Positions 34,487-45,153 of a stretch of 64,000 nucleotides of DNA are shown piece after piece (position 1 is the stretch's first letter; every line of letters begins with the position of its first letter). The DNA is from Bacteroidaceae bacterium. Lineage in GTDB: Bacteria > Bacteroidota > Bacteroidia > Bacteroidales > Bacteroidaceae. The notes below the pieces were generated by a model. It was not told the origin of the DNA, ran no database searches, and was given only the letters and a program-made list of their open reading frames with translations. Location: assembly GCA_900768625.1 (NCBI GenBank), contig CAAGDO010000304.1:617-64616 (forward strand), given 5' to 3'. The position numbers were made by a program, and so were the translations under genes.

Positions 34487-35755
34487 TCAACCACCGAAAT
34501 TGTCGTACATAATACTCTCAGGTTCAACACCGAGACTGTCGAGCATGTTGACCACAGCCTTTGACATGGGGCCAGGACCACACATGTAGTACTCGATGTC
34601 CTCAGGAGCGTCGTGATCCTTGAGGTAGGTTTCGAACATGACCTGATGAACGAATCCTGCGGTGTACTTCACGCCTGCTGCGTCTGCTGCAGGATCGGGG
34701 CGGTCGAGCGCCAGATGGAAGTGGAAGTTGGGGAAATCCTTCTCGAGCTGATGGAAATCATCGAGATAGAACACCTCGTTGAGAGCACGGGCACCATAGA
34801 AGTAGTGCATCTCACGGTCACGGCAGTTGAGCGTGCGGGTCATGTGCATGATCTGTGCACGCAGAGGAGCCATACCAGCACCACCGCCGACCCAGATCAT
34901 TTCCTTCTTAGAGTCGAAATGGGGATGGAAGTCACCGTAGGGACCACTCATGATAACCTTGTCGCCGGGCTTGAGTGTGAAGATGTAGGATGAGGCGATA
35001 CCGGGATTTACGTCCATGAAACCGCTACGGTCGGCCTTGAAAGGAGGAGTAGCGATACGCACTGTCAGCATGAACACATTGCCTTCGGCAGGGTAGTTGG
35101 CCATAGAATAGGCACGGATTGTGGGTTCGGTGTTGACACACTTGAGAGGGAAGAGGCCGAACTTCTGCCATGCGGGGAGATATTCGTCGCCGATGAGGCT
35201 CTTGTCAATGTCCTTGTCATAGTCCATGCTGAATGCAGGGATCTTGATCTGGGCGTAGGAACCAGGAAGGAAGTCCATGTGCGCACCTTCGGGGAGCTGC
35301 ACCTTGAATTCCTTGATGAAAGTGGCCACGTTCTTATTGGAGATGACGGTACACTCGTATTCCTTAACGCCGAGTACGCTGTCGGGAACCTGTACTTCCA
35401 AGTCGCCTTTGACCTTGCACTGGCAACCGAGACGCCAGTTCTCCTTGACCTGTTTGCGGGTGAAATGACCCTTTTCAGAGTCAAGAATTTCACCACCGCC
35501 TTCGGGCACCTGGCATTTGCACTGACCGCAACTGCCCTTACCACCACATGCAGAGGGAAGGTAAACACCTTCTTCTGAGAGCGTACTGAGGAGCGTTCCG
35601 CCCTGTGGTACTTCAAATGTCTTGCGTCCGTTAAGTGTGATCTTCACGTTGCCGCTGGGCGACAAGTATTTCTTTGCCACCAACAGAATGATGACGAGCA
35701 GGAGTATGATCACAAGAAATACTCCAATGCTGGCAATAATAAGATTTGAATCCAT
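34487..35755 (-). CDS. nqrF: Na+-translocating NADH:quinone reductase subunit F
   Basis: SACGGKGSCGQCKC 2Fe-2S motif, RAYSMANYP, GGGAGMAPLR, YYMCGP, ends DNFGG. Confidence 0.97.
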   Translation of the reverse strand: MDSNLIIASIGVFLVIILLLVIILLVAKKYLSPSGNVKITLNGRKTFEVPQGGTLLSTLSEEGVYLPSACGGKGSCGQCKCQVPEGGGEILDSEKGHFTRKQVKENWRLGCQCKVKGDLEVQVPDSVLGVKEYECTVISNKNVATFIKEFKVQLPEGAHMDFLPGSYAQIKIPAFSMDYDKDIDKSLIGDEYLPAWQKFGLFPLKCVNTEPTIRAYSMANYPAEGNVFMLTVRIATPPFKADRSGFMDVNPGIASSYIFTLKPGDKVIMSGPYGDFHPHFDSKKEMIWVGGGAGMAPLRAQIMHMTRTLNCRDREMHYFYGARALNEVFYLDDFHQLEKDFPNFHFHLALDRPDPAADAAGVKYTAGFVHQVMFETYLKDHDAPEDIEYYMCGPGPMSKAVVNMLDSLGVEPESIMYDNFGG

Positions 35756-35908
35756 TGATTATCTTCGTCGTTGTGCACTGCCGTCAGATTTCCCTGTGAA
35801 CCTTTTTGGTGATGAAGAAAAATCGATTGTGACGGTGTACTCAATTTTGTGATTGTTTGTGGGATTTGTTCTGCAAGAATGGAAGTCCGGCAGAATCCCT
35901 CCCTCTTT

Positions 35909-36535
35909 TTAGATATTCAATCCGGAGAAGCACATGAATGCCATGGCCATGAGACCCACCGTGATGAAGGTGATGCCAAGTCCCTGAAGGGGCTTGGGCA
36001 CGTCGGTATAGGCCATTTTCTCGCGGATAGCGGCGAGTGCAACAATGGCAAGCAACCAACCGATACCAGAACCAAGGGCATAAACGAGGGCGTCAGCCAC
36101 ACCGCCAATGTACTGAGTGCTTCCAGGTTCCATGCCGATACGCTGCTGCATGAAGAGGCTGGCACCCATGATGGCGCAGTTCACAGCGATGAGGGGAAGG
36201 AAGATACCGAGAGAAGCATAGAGTGAGGGAGAGTAGCGTTCCACAATCATTTCCACCAACTGCACGATACCAGCGATAACGGCAATGAACAAGATGAAGG
36301 AAAGGAAGGAGAGGTCTACACCAGGCATGAGGCAGTCAGGGCCAAGCACCTTGGTTTGCAGCAGATAGTCAACGGGAACGGTGATGAGCAGCACGAATGT
36401 TACGGCTATACCCAAACCGAAGGCCGTTTTCACGTTCTTCGACACTGCGAGGTAGGAGCACATGCCGAGGAAGAACGCGAATATCATGTTGTCCACAAAA
36501 ATGGAGCGGACGAAAAGACTTAATAAATGTTCCAT
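35909..36535 (-). CDS. nqrE: Na+-NQR subunit E
   Basis: [40 protein letters not shown]. Confidence 0.97.
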   Translation of the reverse strand: MEHLLSLFVRSIFVDNMIFAFFLGMCSYLAVSKNVKTAFGLGIAVTFVLLITVPVDYLLQTKVLGPDCLMPGVDLSFLSFILFIAVIAGIVQLVEMIVERYSPSLYASLGIFLPLIAVNCAIMGASLFMQQRIGMEPGSTQYIGGVADALVYALGSGIGWLLAIVALAAIREKMAYTDVPKPLQGLGITFITVGLMAMAFMCFSGLNI

Positions 36536-36629
36536 TGTAAAATGTTGCTTGTTGGTCGCCTCGTTTTCCTGTGGTCCGTTTTATGGGGCAAAGGAGAAAC
36601 GGGGCGTGACACATGATGTGTGGTTACGT

Positions 36630-37256
36630 TTATTCCTTGGTGAAGGCACGTACGGCCCAAATGATACAGCCCACGAGGATCAATGCCATGGCGGGCATGG
36701 TCATCATGCCGTTGTTGACATAGAAACCTCCGTTTTCTGCATAGATGCATTCGGGGATGATACGGAGACCAAGAAGGGTTCCGCTTCCCAGGAGTTCACG
36801 AACGAAGGCTACAGCAACGAGTACCCAGGCATAGCCGAGGCCGTTTCCGATACCATCGAGAAAGGATTCCCAGGGACCATTCTGCATGGCGAACGCCTCG
36901 AGGCGGCCCATCAAGATACAGTTTGTGATGATAAGACCCACATAGACGGAGAGCTGAACGCTTACGTCGTAGGCATATGCCTTGAGTACCTGTGATACGA
37001 GGGTCACAAGAGTGGCCACAACCACGAGCTGCACGATGATGCGGATGCGGTTGGGGATTGTCTTGCGGAGAAGGGAGATGATGACATTGGCGAAAGCCGT
37101 GATGACAGTCACGGAAAGTCCCATCACGATGGCGGGCTCAAGCTGTGAAGTTACAGCCAATGCAGAACAGATACCAAGCACCTGGATGACTACAGGGTTG
37201 TTCTTGTTCAACGGACCAATGAGGGCTTCTCTATTTTCTTTAGAAAACAAACTCAT
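36630..37256 (-). CDS. nqrD: Na+-NQR subunit D
   Basis: QVLGICSALAVT, VGLIITNCILMGR.EAFA, DGIGNGLGY. Confidence 0.97.
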   Translation of the reverse strand: MSLFSKENREALIGPLNKNNPVVIQVLGICSALAVTSQLEPAIVMGLSVTVITAFANVIISLLRKTIPNRIRIIVQLVVVATLVTLVSQVLKAYAYDVSVQLSVYVGLIITNCILMGRLEAFAMQNGPWESFLDGIGNGLGYAWVLVAVAFVRELLGSGTLLGLRIIPECIYAENGGFYVNNGMMTMPAMALILVGCIIWAVRAFTKE

Positions 37257-37366
37257 AAGTTTTATTGTTCTTTGATGTGTCAGTAAATCTAAAACCTTGT
37301 GGGATCGTTTGCCATTCTTTTTTAGGATAGATCAGGATGGACATCACTTTTCCCACTGGCCTTCAT

Positions 37367-38083
37367 TTACTTTTTGATTGAGTTGAAATAACCTACATAC
37401 TTCTGTAGACCGGAGTTGATCATGTCGGCCACACCGTTAGAGGTGAGGGTGGCACCCGTGATGCCGTCCACTTGCACGTTTTCGTGACCGGGTTCAACCT
37501 TTCCGTTCTTTACCACGGTGAGGGCTACAGTGTTGGAATCGTTGCCTTCGAAGAGGTGCTTACCCTTGAACTGGTCCTGGAACTTCTGCTCGGCGATGAG
37601 TGCGCCCAAACCGGCTGTTTCGCTTTCGTGGGAGATGTAGGCTCCGTAGACGGTCTGGAGGTCAGCATTGATTGCTACATAGCCCCAAAGGCCGCCCCAA
37701 AGGCCGCGACCGGTCATAGGGATGACGTATTTGGTTTCACCATCTACGTTGCACACGTAAATAGGCATTTTGTCTTCGCTGATCTCGGAGTTCTTCATGC
37801 GGAAAGCGTCCTGATCCTTTTTCTCTCCTTTGGCCACTTCTGTGCCCTGAGCGTTAATGATCATGTCAGCGGAAATGACCTCGTTGTATTTGGCTTCCAC
37901 TTCCTGAGGATCGGAGATGTCGCGAATGTTGAGTGAAGCGAGAATCTGCTTTTTCTTGTCGAGCGCCTCATTCTGCTCCTGCGTCGGTTTGAGTGCCGAC
38001 GAAACGAATGCCAGCAGGAATGCTACAATCACAACCATGACTGCGGCATAGATGATGGTGTATGAATTCTTGTTCGTGTTCAT
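37367..38083 (-). CDS. nqrC: Na+-NQR subunit C
   Basis: Likely start MNTNKNSYT; G.GLWG, H.SETAGLG, flavinylation motif VDGITGATLTS. Confidence 0.96.
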   Translation of the reverse strand: MNTNKNSYTIIYAAVMVVIVAFLLAFVSSALKPTQEQNEALDKKKQILASLNIRDISDPQEVEAKYNEVISADMIINAQGTEVAKGEKKDQDAFRMKNSEISEDKMPIYVCNVDGETKYVIPMTGRGLWGGLWGYVAINADLQTVYGAYISHESETAGLGALIAEQKFQDQFKGKHLFEGNDSNTVALTVVKNGKVEPGHENVQVDGITGATLTSNGVADMINSGLQKYVGYFNSIKK

Positions 38084-38205
38084 TGATACGGTACTTTTCA
38101 TTCATCAGCGGTTGGGCTGCATGCTTTTCCTTTTTCTCTGTTCATAGATGAGGAGGAAGATGATGATCTTTTGTTGCAGCTTGAGCTGATGAGAATTCTT
38201 TTGGT

Positions 38206-39369
38206 TTATTTAGCTCGCTTGAGACGCTTGTTGATGTTGCTCTGTACGAAGAAGTAGTCGATAAGCGGAGCAAACATGTTCATGAAGAGAATAGCGAGCA
38301 TCATGCCTTCGGGGTAACCAGGGTTGAGCACGCGGATGAGGATAGCGAGTGCACCGATGAGGAAACCATAGATGTACTTACCGCCTTCTGTGCGGGCGCT
38401 GGTCACAGGGTCAGTTGCCATGAATACGGCACCGAAGCAGAAACCGCCAGCTGCGAGGTGGTTATACCAAGGGAGGCTGGCTGCTACGTTGCTTTCCATT
38501 CCTGCATGGTTGAAGAGAAGTGCAACAGCTGCACCACCAACGAACACGCTGATCATCGTACGCCAAGATGCGATGCGAGTGAAGAGGAGAATGGCAGCAC
38601 CGATGAGGATAGCGATGACGCTGGTTTCACCGATAGAACCTGGAATAAGACCAATGACGAGGTCGCTGAATGATGTGTTGGGCATTGTGCTTGCTGCAAT
38701 CTCGCCGAGCGGGGTGGCCATGGTGGAACCATCGGGCAAATCGTAGCCGAGTCCGAGGACCTGAGTCGTGTGAACCCATACCTTGTCTCCACTCATGCTG
38801 GTGGGGTAAGAGAAGAAAAGGAATGCACGGGCAACGAGTGCGGGGTTGAAGATGTTCATACCCGTACCGCCAAAGATTTCCTTGCAGAAGATAACTGAGA
38901 AAGCCACAGCCACGGCAATCATCCAAAGCGGACAGTCAACGGGGACGATGAGAGGAATGAGAATACCCGTCACGAGGTAGCCTTCCTGAATTTCCTCCTT
39001 TTTCCACTGTGCCACGGCAAACTCGATGCCGAGACCGACAACGTAGGACACGATGATTTTGGGGAGGACAAGAAGGAAACCGTAGAGGAACATCGACATG
39101 AAGCTGGTGGTTTCCAACTGACCAGCCTGCGCTGCATTCTGGTAGCCGATGTTGTACATGCCGAAGAGAAGGGCCGGCAGGAGGGCGATGACCACGAACG
39201 ACATGATGCGCTTGGAGTCGATGGCGTCGTGGATGCTTACACCGCTCTTCGAGGTGTCGTTGGGCACGAGCATGAAGGTTTCCATTCCTTCGAATACGGA
39301 ACGGAAGGCATGAAGCTTTCCTTCGGGTTCGAAGGAGGGACGTAGTTTATCGAAAATTTCTTTTAACAT
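38206..39369 (-). CDS. nqrB: Na+-NQR subunit B
   Basis: KEIFGGTGMNIFNPAL, FMN site STMATPL, GSIGETS, FMATDPVTS, YPEGMMLAIL. Confidence 0.97.
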   Translation of the reverse strand: MLKEIFDKLRPSFEPEGKLHAFRSVFEGMETFMLVPNDTSKSGVSIHDAIDSKRIMSFVVIALLPALLFGMYNIGYQNAAQAGQLETTSFMSMFLYGFLLVLPKIIVSYVVGLGIEFAVAQWKKEEIQEGYLVTGILIPLIVPVDCPLWMIAVAVAFSVIFCKEIFGGTGMNIFNPALVARAFLFFSYPTSMSGDKVWVHTTQVLGLGYDLPDGSTMATPLGEIAASTMPNTSFSDLVIGLIPGSIGETSVIAILIGAAILLFTRIASWRTMISVFVGGAAVALLFNHAGMESNVAASLPWYNHLAAGGFCFGAVFMATDPVTSARTEGGKYIYGFLIGALAILIRVLNPGYPEGMMLAILFMNMFAPLIDYFFVQSNINKRLKRAK

Positions 39370-39446
39370 GATTGGAATCTTTCATTTGTTCAGCTTGTTG
39401 GCTAAAAGGAAGCCTGGGCTGAGTTGTAAGAAGAGGATGGGGCGTG

Positions 39447-40796
39447 TTAGGCGTTTTCCTTGCGAAGGATGTCAAGGCCTTCACGTACAATCCGCTGGAG
39501 TTCGAGCTTGGAAGAGTCAATGAATTCGGCCACGGCGAAATCCTCAGGTGCTACTTCGTAGATGCCGAGAGCTTCCTGACGGTCGATGTCGCCAGTGATG
39601 ATGGCCTGTACGAGATAGCTGGGATAAATGTCCATGGGGAATACACGCTCATATTCGCTGCTCATGATCATGTGGCGTTCACCACCCTTGATGCGGCAGT
39701 CGAGGTTGTAACGGCGTGACTTACCAAAGAGCCAGGAGAAATAGCTGTGTGAGGTAGAGTAGTCCTTCAAGCGGGGAGCAATCCAACCAAATGCTTCGTT
39801 GACGTTATCACCTTCGGGGATGGCACAGATTTCTGTGCTGAAAGCACCGAGATAGTCCTCAAGGCTGCTCTTGTAGCCCACGAAGGGGTTACCATTGATG
39901 ATGCGTACGTGGTCGGTGTTCTGAAGACGGCTTTTGAGAAGTTCGTAGAGAGGGGCACCTACGAGCGTTTCGATGTATGCGGGATTCTTCATCTCAGAAC
40001 CTGCCAAGGCGATTCGGCGGTTGAGGTGAACTTCGCCCGTGAGAACGAGACGGCCGATGGCAATAACCATTTCGGGAGCGATTGTCCATGCCACTTCGCC
40101 CTTGTTGATGGGAGAAATGTGGTTAATCTGCACGCTAACGTTACCTGCCGGGTTGGGACCGTCGAAGAAGTTCACTTCGGCTTGGTTCGTGTTGAGGAAA
40201 GCCTCGCCTTCCTGTTCCGAAGCAGCGCCGAGGAAAACTTTGCTGATTTTCGAAAGCAATGCCAAACCGGTTTTGAATTCAGCTTCCTGGCCTTTCACAA
40301 CGAAGGAGAAATCTGCTCCCAACGGCATCTTGCTGAAGGTGGAGACGAAGATTCCCTTTGGTGAGTCTTCAGGAGAAGCAATCACGTCGTAGGGGCGCTG
40401 ACGCATGAAAGCGAAGAGACCGCTGTCGAGAAGCAGCTGCTTGGCGCTTGCTGCATCGAGAGCGTCGGTGTCAATCTTTCCGAAGTTCTTGTAGGAAACT
40501 TGCTTGTCGGCATTGACTCTTATGCGAAGAATCTTACGACGGTCACCGCGATCGATACCGGCTACAACACCGCTAACGGGGCTTACGAATTTGATTTTTT
40601 CGGTGGCTTTGTCAACGAACAATGCATCACCGGCTTTCACAGTCTCTCCCTCTTTTACCACAGGTCGTGGCACAATACCCGTGAAGTCTGTCGGCTTCAA
40701 GGCATAGCTTGCACCGAGAGGGGCGGTTTGAAGGTCAGACTTGGCCTCTCCTTGCAAGTGAAGGTCCAAGCCTTTTCTAATCTTATAAGTACTCAT
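39447..40796 (-). CDS. nqrA: Na+-NQR subunit A
   Basis: Likely start MSTYKIRKGLDL at 40796; SPVSG, RQRPY, GPNPAGN, EDFA..EF.D.SK. Confidence 0.96.
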   Translation of the reverse strand: MSTYKIRKGLDLHLQGEAKSDLQTAPLGASYALKPTDFTGIVPRPVVKEGETVKAGDALFVDKATEKIKFVSPVSGVVAGIDRGDRRKILRIRVNADKQVSYKNFGKIDTDALDAASAKQLLLDSGLFAFMRQRPYDVIASPEDSPKGIFVSTFSKMPLGADFSFVVKGQEAEFKTGLALLSKISKVFLGAASEQEGEAFLNTNQAEVNFFDGPNPAGNVSVQINHISPINKGEVAWTIAPEMVIAIGRLVLTGEVHLNRRIALAGSEMKNPAYIETLVGAPLYELLKSRLQNTDHVRIINGNPFVGYKSSLEDYLGAFSTEICAIPEGDNVNEAFGWIAPRLKDYSTSHSYFSWLFGKSRRYNLDCRIKGGERHMIMSSEYERVFPMDIYPSYLVQAIITGDIDRQEALGIYEVAPEDFAVAEFIDSSKLELQRIVREGLDILRKENA

Positions 40797-41257
40797 TAAA
40801 ATAAAAGGATATATTTTGCGTACAAAATTAGGAATAAAAAACGGCATTTTCCTATCAGTTGCAACAGTTTTTGACATGTTTCCTGTATTTTCCTTGGATG
40901 TGAGACACTTGATGCTTAGAAGTTTGCAGCTTAGCGAGTTAAGGTGGAAGGTGTGTGTGGCAAAATGAGGAGGTATTGGGATTTATCGTTGCATTTGATT
41001 CACTGCAGCGGTAATTGCTTCGGATGAGGTCAATCGTATGCTTGCTTGAAGGCGCAAAAGCATGTTGGAAACGCTAATAGTTCTGTTTGTTCATCGGTCA
41101 GCTCAAATACATTGTGTTGGAAACGATTCAGCCAATGGTGTATCCCTTATGGTCATGTTGGAGGTTAATGACTGTAGGGGGTATGCCATTGGCTGATAAA
41201 ATGAAAGTGATGCTTTAGAGAAGTGTTTTCAAAAGCTTCAGTTTCAGTGTATAAGGA

Positions 41258-42448
41258 TTAATCCATTCTGTCGCGATAGTCTTCGTATGTGTAGTCACGC
41301 AACACTTCGTAAGTACCGTTGGAATGGTGGATGGCCAAAGAGGGATGATGGATGCCGTTGAACATGTTGGTCTTCACCGTAGTGTAGTGGATCATGTCTT
41401 CAAACACAATCTCATCGCCAATTCTCAACGGTTGGGGGAAACGCCAATATCCCATATAGTCACCACTCAGACAGCTGTTACCTCCCAGGCGATAGATGTT
41501 GGGCTCACGTTCGATTCCTTGCTCTTTTGCATCGGCCACGGTCTCTGCTTCGCGCACAGCAGGATGATAGGGCATTTCGAGGCAGTCAGGCATGTGGCAA
41601 GTGAAGCTGACGTTGAGGATGGCGGTCTTTATTCCGCTGTTTTCCACGATGTCAACCACTTTTGCGTTAAGTGACCCCGTCTGCCAGGCAAATGCAGAGC
41701 CGGGTTCAAGAATCAGCTTCAAGTTGGGATATTTTTGCTTGAATGCAGAAAGAAGTCCGATGAGGTGATCCACGTTGTAGTCCTTGCGGGTGACCAGATG
41801 ACCACCGCCCAAGTTGAGCCATTTCACCTTGGGAAGCCATTCTCCAAATTTCTCTTCAATGTGGGCAAGAGTGTGCTCCAAGGCATAAGAGGAGCTTTCA
41901 CAGTGGCAATGACAATGCAGTCCGTCCACTTCGTTGGGGAGACCTTCTGCTTGAAGCTGTGAGCTGATGACGCCGAATCTGGAACCAGGAGCACAAGGGT
42001 CGTAGAGTTCTGTTTCGATTTCGCTGGCTTCAGGATTAATGCGCAGACCGATTTCAGGACGTTCGTCAGGCGTCATTGCGGTAAGTTTCGGCGCAAAACG
42101 CTTGAGCTGGCTGAGTGAGTTGAATGTGATGTGGCTTGAGCAATGTGCGATTTCGTCGAAAGTCGCATCCTCGTAAGCAGGGGAATAGGTGTGGGCTTTT
42201 GAGCCGAATTCTTCCCATGCCAATCGGGCTTCATAGAGAGAGGAGGCCGTCGTGTGGGAGATGTATTCACGGAAAATGGGGAAGGTGCGCCAAAGGGCGA
42301 ATGCCTTAAAGGCAAGGATGAATTCCACGCCAGCACGGTCTGCAATGGAGCGGATGAGCGTGAGGTTGCGGCGGAGCAAGTCTTCTTCCTGCACGTAACA
42401 TGGTGTAGGGAGTTGTTGGAGGGAATCCAGAATGTAGGGCTTGAACAT
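41258..42448 (-). CDS. nspC: Carboxynorspermidine decarboxylase
   Basis: Likely start MFKPYIL; LAFKAF, TASSLYEA, YDPCAPGSRFG, LGGGH, HMPDCLEMPY, YTTVKTNMFNG. Confidence 0.93.
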   Translation of the reverse strand: MFKPYILDSLQQLPTPCYVQEEDLLRRNLTLIRSIADRAGVEFILAFKAFALWRTFPIFREYISHTTASSLYEARLAWEEFGSKAHTYSPAYEDATFDEIAHCSSHITFNSLSQLKRFAPKLTAMTPDERPEIGLRINPEASEIETELYDPCAPGSRFGVISSQLQAEGLPNEVDGLHCHCHCESSSYALEHTLAHIEEKFGEWLPKVKWLNLGGGHLVTRKDYNVDHLIGLLSAFKQKYPNLKLILEPGSAFAWQTGSLNAKVVDIVENSGIKTAILNVSFTCHMPDCLEMPYHPAVREAETVADAKEQGIEREPNIYRLGGNSCLSGDYMGYWRFPQPLRIGDEIVFEDMIHYTTVKTNMFNGIHHPSLAIHHSNGTYEVLRDYTYEDYRDRMD

Positions 42449-42659
42449 GGGGTGACTTGGTGAGAGTTGGGAGTTTTTTGAAAAAGTCAGTATTGGGAAG
42501 CAGTGGAAAGGAGAAGTCTGCAAAGAAAACAGGTTGGCAAGCCAGCTTCGATCACTTTTTCTTCGTTACGGAGGAAAAGAAATGTCGCTTTTCTTGCCAA
42601 CCTGTATGGTTTTAGTGTTTACGAAAGGAGGAACAAGCGTTTGTTTCTCTTCGTTTTTC

Positions 42660-43700
42660 TTACATCACGCCTTCTTCGCGGAGTTTCTTCTGCCAGTTCC
42701 ATGCGCTAGAGAGGGATTCTTCGAGCGTGTGGACAGCCTTCCATCCAAGTACCTTGTTGGCCTTGTCAACGTTGCCCCAAACCTTCTCGATATCACCTGC
42801 GCGACGGGGAGCAATCTCGTAGTTGAGCTTTACACCAGTGCACTTTTCGAAGGTTTTGATGAGTTCGAGCACGCTTACGCCGTGACCCGTACCAACGTTG
42901 AAAATCTCAACGGGGTCAGCATTCTTGCCGTCAACGATGCGAGCCATAGCAGCCACGTGAGCCTTAGCGAGGTCGAGCACGTAGATGTAGTCGCGGATGC
43001 ATGAGCCATCGGGAGTGTCATAGTCATCGCCAAATACCTTGAGACAAGGACGGATGCCCATAGCTGTCTGAGTGAGGTAGGGGATGAGGTTGGCGGGCAC
43101 ACCGTTAGGCATTTCACCGATGATGCCAGAGGGATGAGAACCGATGGGGTTGAAGTAGCGGAGGATGATGGCGCTGATGGGTGCACCACTCTTCACGTAG
43201 TCCTGAATGATTTCCTCATTGATCTGCTTCGTGTTGCCATAAGGGCTTTCAGCCTTCTTGATGGGAGCTTCTTCCGTAACGGGGAGGTTCTCAGGATCAG
43301 GCTGTCCGTAGACGGTGCATGAAGATGAGAAGATGATACCCTTCACGTCATACTTGGGCATGAGCTTCAGAAGGTTGATGAGGGAGAGCAGGTTGTTCTC
43401 ATAGTACTTCAGCGGCTTTTCAACGCTTTCACCCACTGCCTTGGAAGCAGCGAAGTGGATGATGCCGCAGATGTCGGGGTGCTTGGCGAATACGTTCTCA
43501 AGGGCTGCATAGTCACAGCAGTCCACTTGCTCGAATGCCGGACGGATGCCTGTGATTTTTTCAATACCGTCAACAACATCAGCCTTGGAGTTGGAGAGGT
43601 TGTCAATGATGACTACGTCGTAGCCTGCATTCTGGAGCTCGACAGTGGTGTGTGAACCGATGAAGCCCGTACCACCAGTAACAAGAATAGTCTTTTTCAT
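42660..43700 (-). CDS. galE: UDP-glucose 4-epimerase
   Basis: VTGGTGFIGSH, HFAASKAVGES, YGNTK, LRYFNP.G.H. Confidence 0.97.
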   Translation of the reverse strand: MKKTILVTGGTGFIGSHTTVELQNAGYDVVIIDNLSNSKADVVDGIEKITGIRPAFEQVDCCDYAALENVFAKHPDICGIIHFAASKAVGESVEKPLKYYENNLLSLINLLKLMPKYDVKGIIFSSSCTVYGQPDPENLPVTEEAPIKKAESPYGNTKQINEEIIQDYVKSGAPISAIILRYFNPIGSHPSGIIGEMPNGVPANLIPYLTQTAMGIRPCLKVFGDDYDTPDGSCIRDYIYVLDLAKAHVAAMARIVDGKNADPVEIFNVGTGHGVSVLELIKTFEKCTGVKLNYEIAPRRAGDIEKVWGNVDKANKVLGWKAVHTLEESLSSAWNWQKKLREEGVM

Positions 43701-43968
43701 GAGACCTTATAGTGTGATAAATGGTTTGATTTGTAGTTTGGTCTTGCAAATTTATGCCTTTTTTCTTTCATGCACTAATCTTTTGCCGTTTTTTATTTGA
43801 TTTTCTGTCTTTTATTTTTTTGTTTGGCTGAATACAACTGGAAGTGTTTGGAGTTTCCTAAAGTGGTTTTTCGGTTGAAAGCCTTTCATTCTATGCAGAG
43901 AAATATGTTATTGAGCATATTTAGGTTATTCTGTTTCGATTTCGCTTGGTACGGTCATTCGTAAAAAG

Positions 43969-43976
43969 TAATTTTG
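43969..43976 (+). promoter_or_regulatory. -7 box upstream of the sigma factor gene (5' of MITE copy 2)
   Basis: TAATTTTG matching TAnnTTTG. Confidence 0.5.
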
Positions 43977-43990
43977 GTGCCCGAAATATA

Positions 43991-44183
43991 GAAGTCGTCT
44001 AAACTTTTCTGACGAAGATTTGAATTGGAGTTTGAGCTCTTCAATATTCAATCTTCACTTTTCTTTTTGGCCGTTTTTTGCCCTTTCATCGGTCGTGTAG
44101 CTCTCTACACTTCCTCTTCAAGGCTCCAAAACGTCTCAAGAATAAAGGAAAATCCTGAATTTCATGATGGTTCAGACGACTTC
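43991..44183 (+). mobile_element. MITE family A, copy 2 (193 bp)
   Basis: GAAGTCGTCTAAACTTTT...GTTCAGACGACTTC; ATA on both flanks. Confidence 0.9.
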
Positions 44184-44201
44184 ATAAAAACAAGTTAAGT
44201 C

Positions 44202-45059
44202 ATGCGACAGTTGAAGATAAACCTAAGCATCACCAATCGTGAAAGTGAATCGCTTGAGCGCTATTTGCAAGAGATTGGGCGGCAGGAGATGATCGGAACA
44301 GACGAAGAAGCTGAACTTGCCCGCGAAATCAGAGATGGCAACCAAGAGGCTTTAGAACGTCTTGTTCTGGCCAATCTCAGGTTTGTCGTGTCTGTTGCTA
44401 AGCAGTACCAAGGTCAAGGGCTCGGATTAATTGACCTGATAAACGAGGGCAATGTCGGATTGATTACTGCTGCTCAAAAGTTTGACGAAACGCGAGGATT
44501 CAAATTCATTTCCTATGCTGTATGGTGGATACGTCAGAGCATTCTTCAGGCCTTGGCTGAGAACAGTCGACTGGTAAGACTTCCTCTTAATCAAGTGGGG
44601 AATGTAAGTAAGGTGAATCGCTTTTACAATAAGTTCGTCCAGAAGAACGAGCGTCGTCCAAGCACAGAAGAGATTGCAGAGGCCTTGGGCGTAGATCCTG
44701 ACAAGGTGGATGGCGCTCTTCTCTCATCGGGCAAACACGTTTCAATGGACGCCCCTTTGGCTGATGATGAGGACAGTTGTTTGCTCGATTTGATGGAAAA
44801 TCGTGATCAGACAACTGTAGATGCTGCGTTGGCTTCTGAATCACTTGCTCAAGATCTTGATATGGCTTTGTCGAAACTTCCAGAACGTGAAGGAAAGATT
44901 CTACGTATGTTCTATGGCATCAAGACTATGCCACTTGGATTGGAAGAAATCGGCGAGAAGCTCCATTTGAGTCGCGAACGCGTTCGTCAAATCAAGGAAA
45001 AAGGTTTGGCATTGCTTCGTAAGGCCCAAAAGGATAGTGTGCTGAAAACTTATTTGTAG
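44202..45059 (+). CDS. RpoD/SigA-family sigma-70 factor (Bacteroidetes type, no region 1.1)
   Basis: MRQLKI..SITNRES, ANLRFVVSVAKQY, DLINEGN.GL, RGFKFISYAVWWIRQ, LSRERVRQI. Confidence 0.93.
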   Translation: MRQLKINLSITNRESESLERYLQEIGRQEMIGTDEEAELAREIRDGNQEALERLVLANLRFVVSVAKQYQGQGLGLIDLINEGNVGLITAAQKFDETRGFKFISYAVWWIRQSILQALAENSRLVRLPLNQVGNVSKVNRFYNKFVQKNERRPSTEEIAEALGVDPDKVDGALLSSGKHVSMDAPLADDEDSCLLDLMENRDQTTVDAALASESLAQDLDMALSKLPEREGKILRMFYGIKTMPLGLEEIGEKLHLSRERVRQIKEKGLALLRKAQKDSVLKTYL

Positions 45060-45083
45060 GATTTTGAATACCAATGTGTCAAT

Positions 45084-45129
45084 AAAAAGGAAACGTTCCT
45101 CCATTTAATATGAGGGAACGTTTCCTTTT
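45084..45129. terminator. Bidirectional intrinsic terminator between convergent sigma and HAD genes
   Basis: AAAAAGGAAACGTTCC...GGAACGTTTCCTTTT. Confidence 0.8.
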
Positions 45130-45153
45130 GGTGTATATAAGAGGTGTGGTGTG

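Noticed and set aside
41060..41200. TGTTGGAAACG twice plus an imperfect inverted repeat upstream of nqrA, considered as a mini-CRISPR
   Set aside because: Only two 11-bp matches, no regular repeat-spacer structure and no cas genes.
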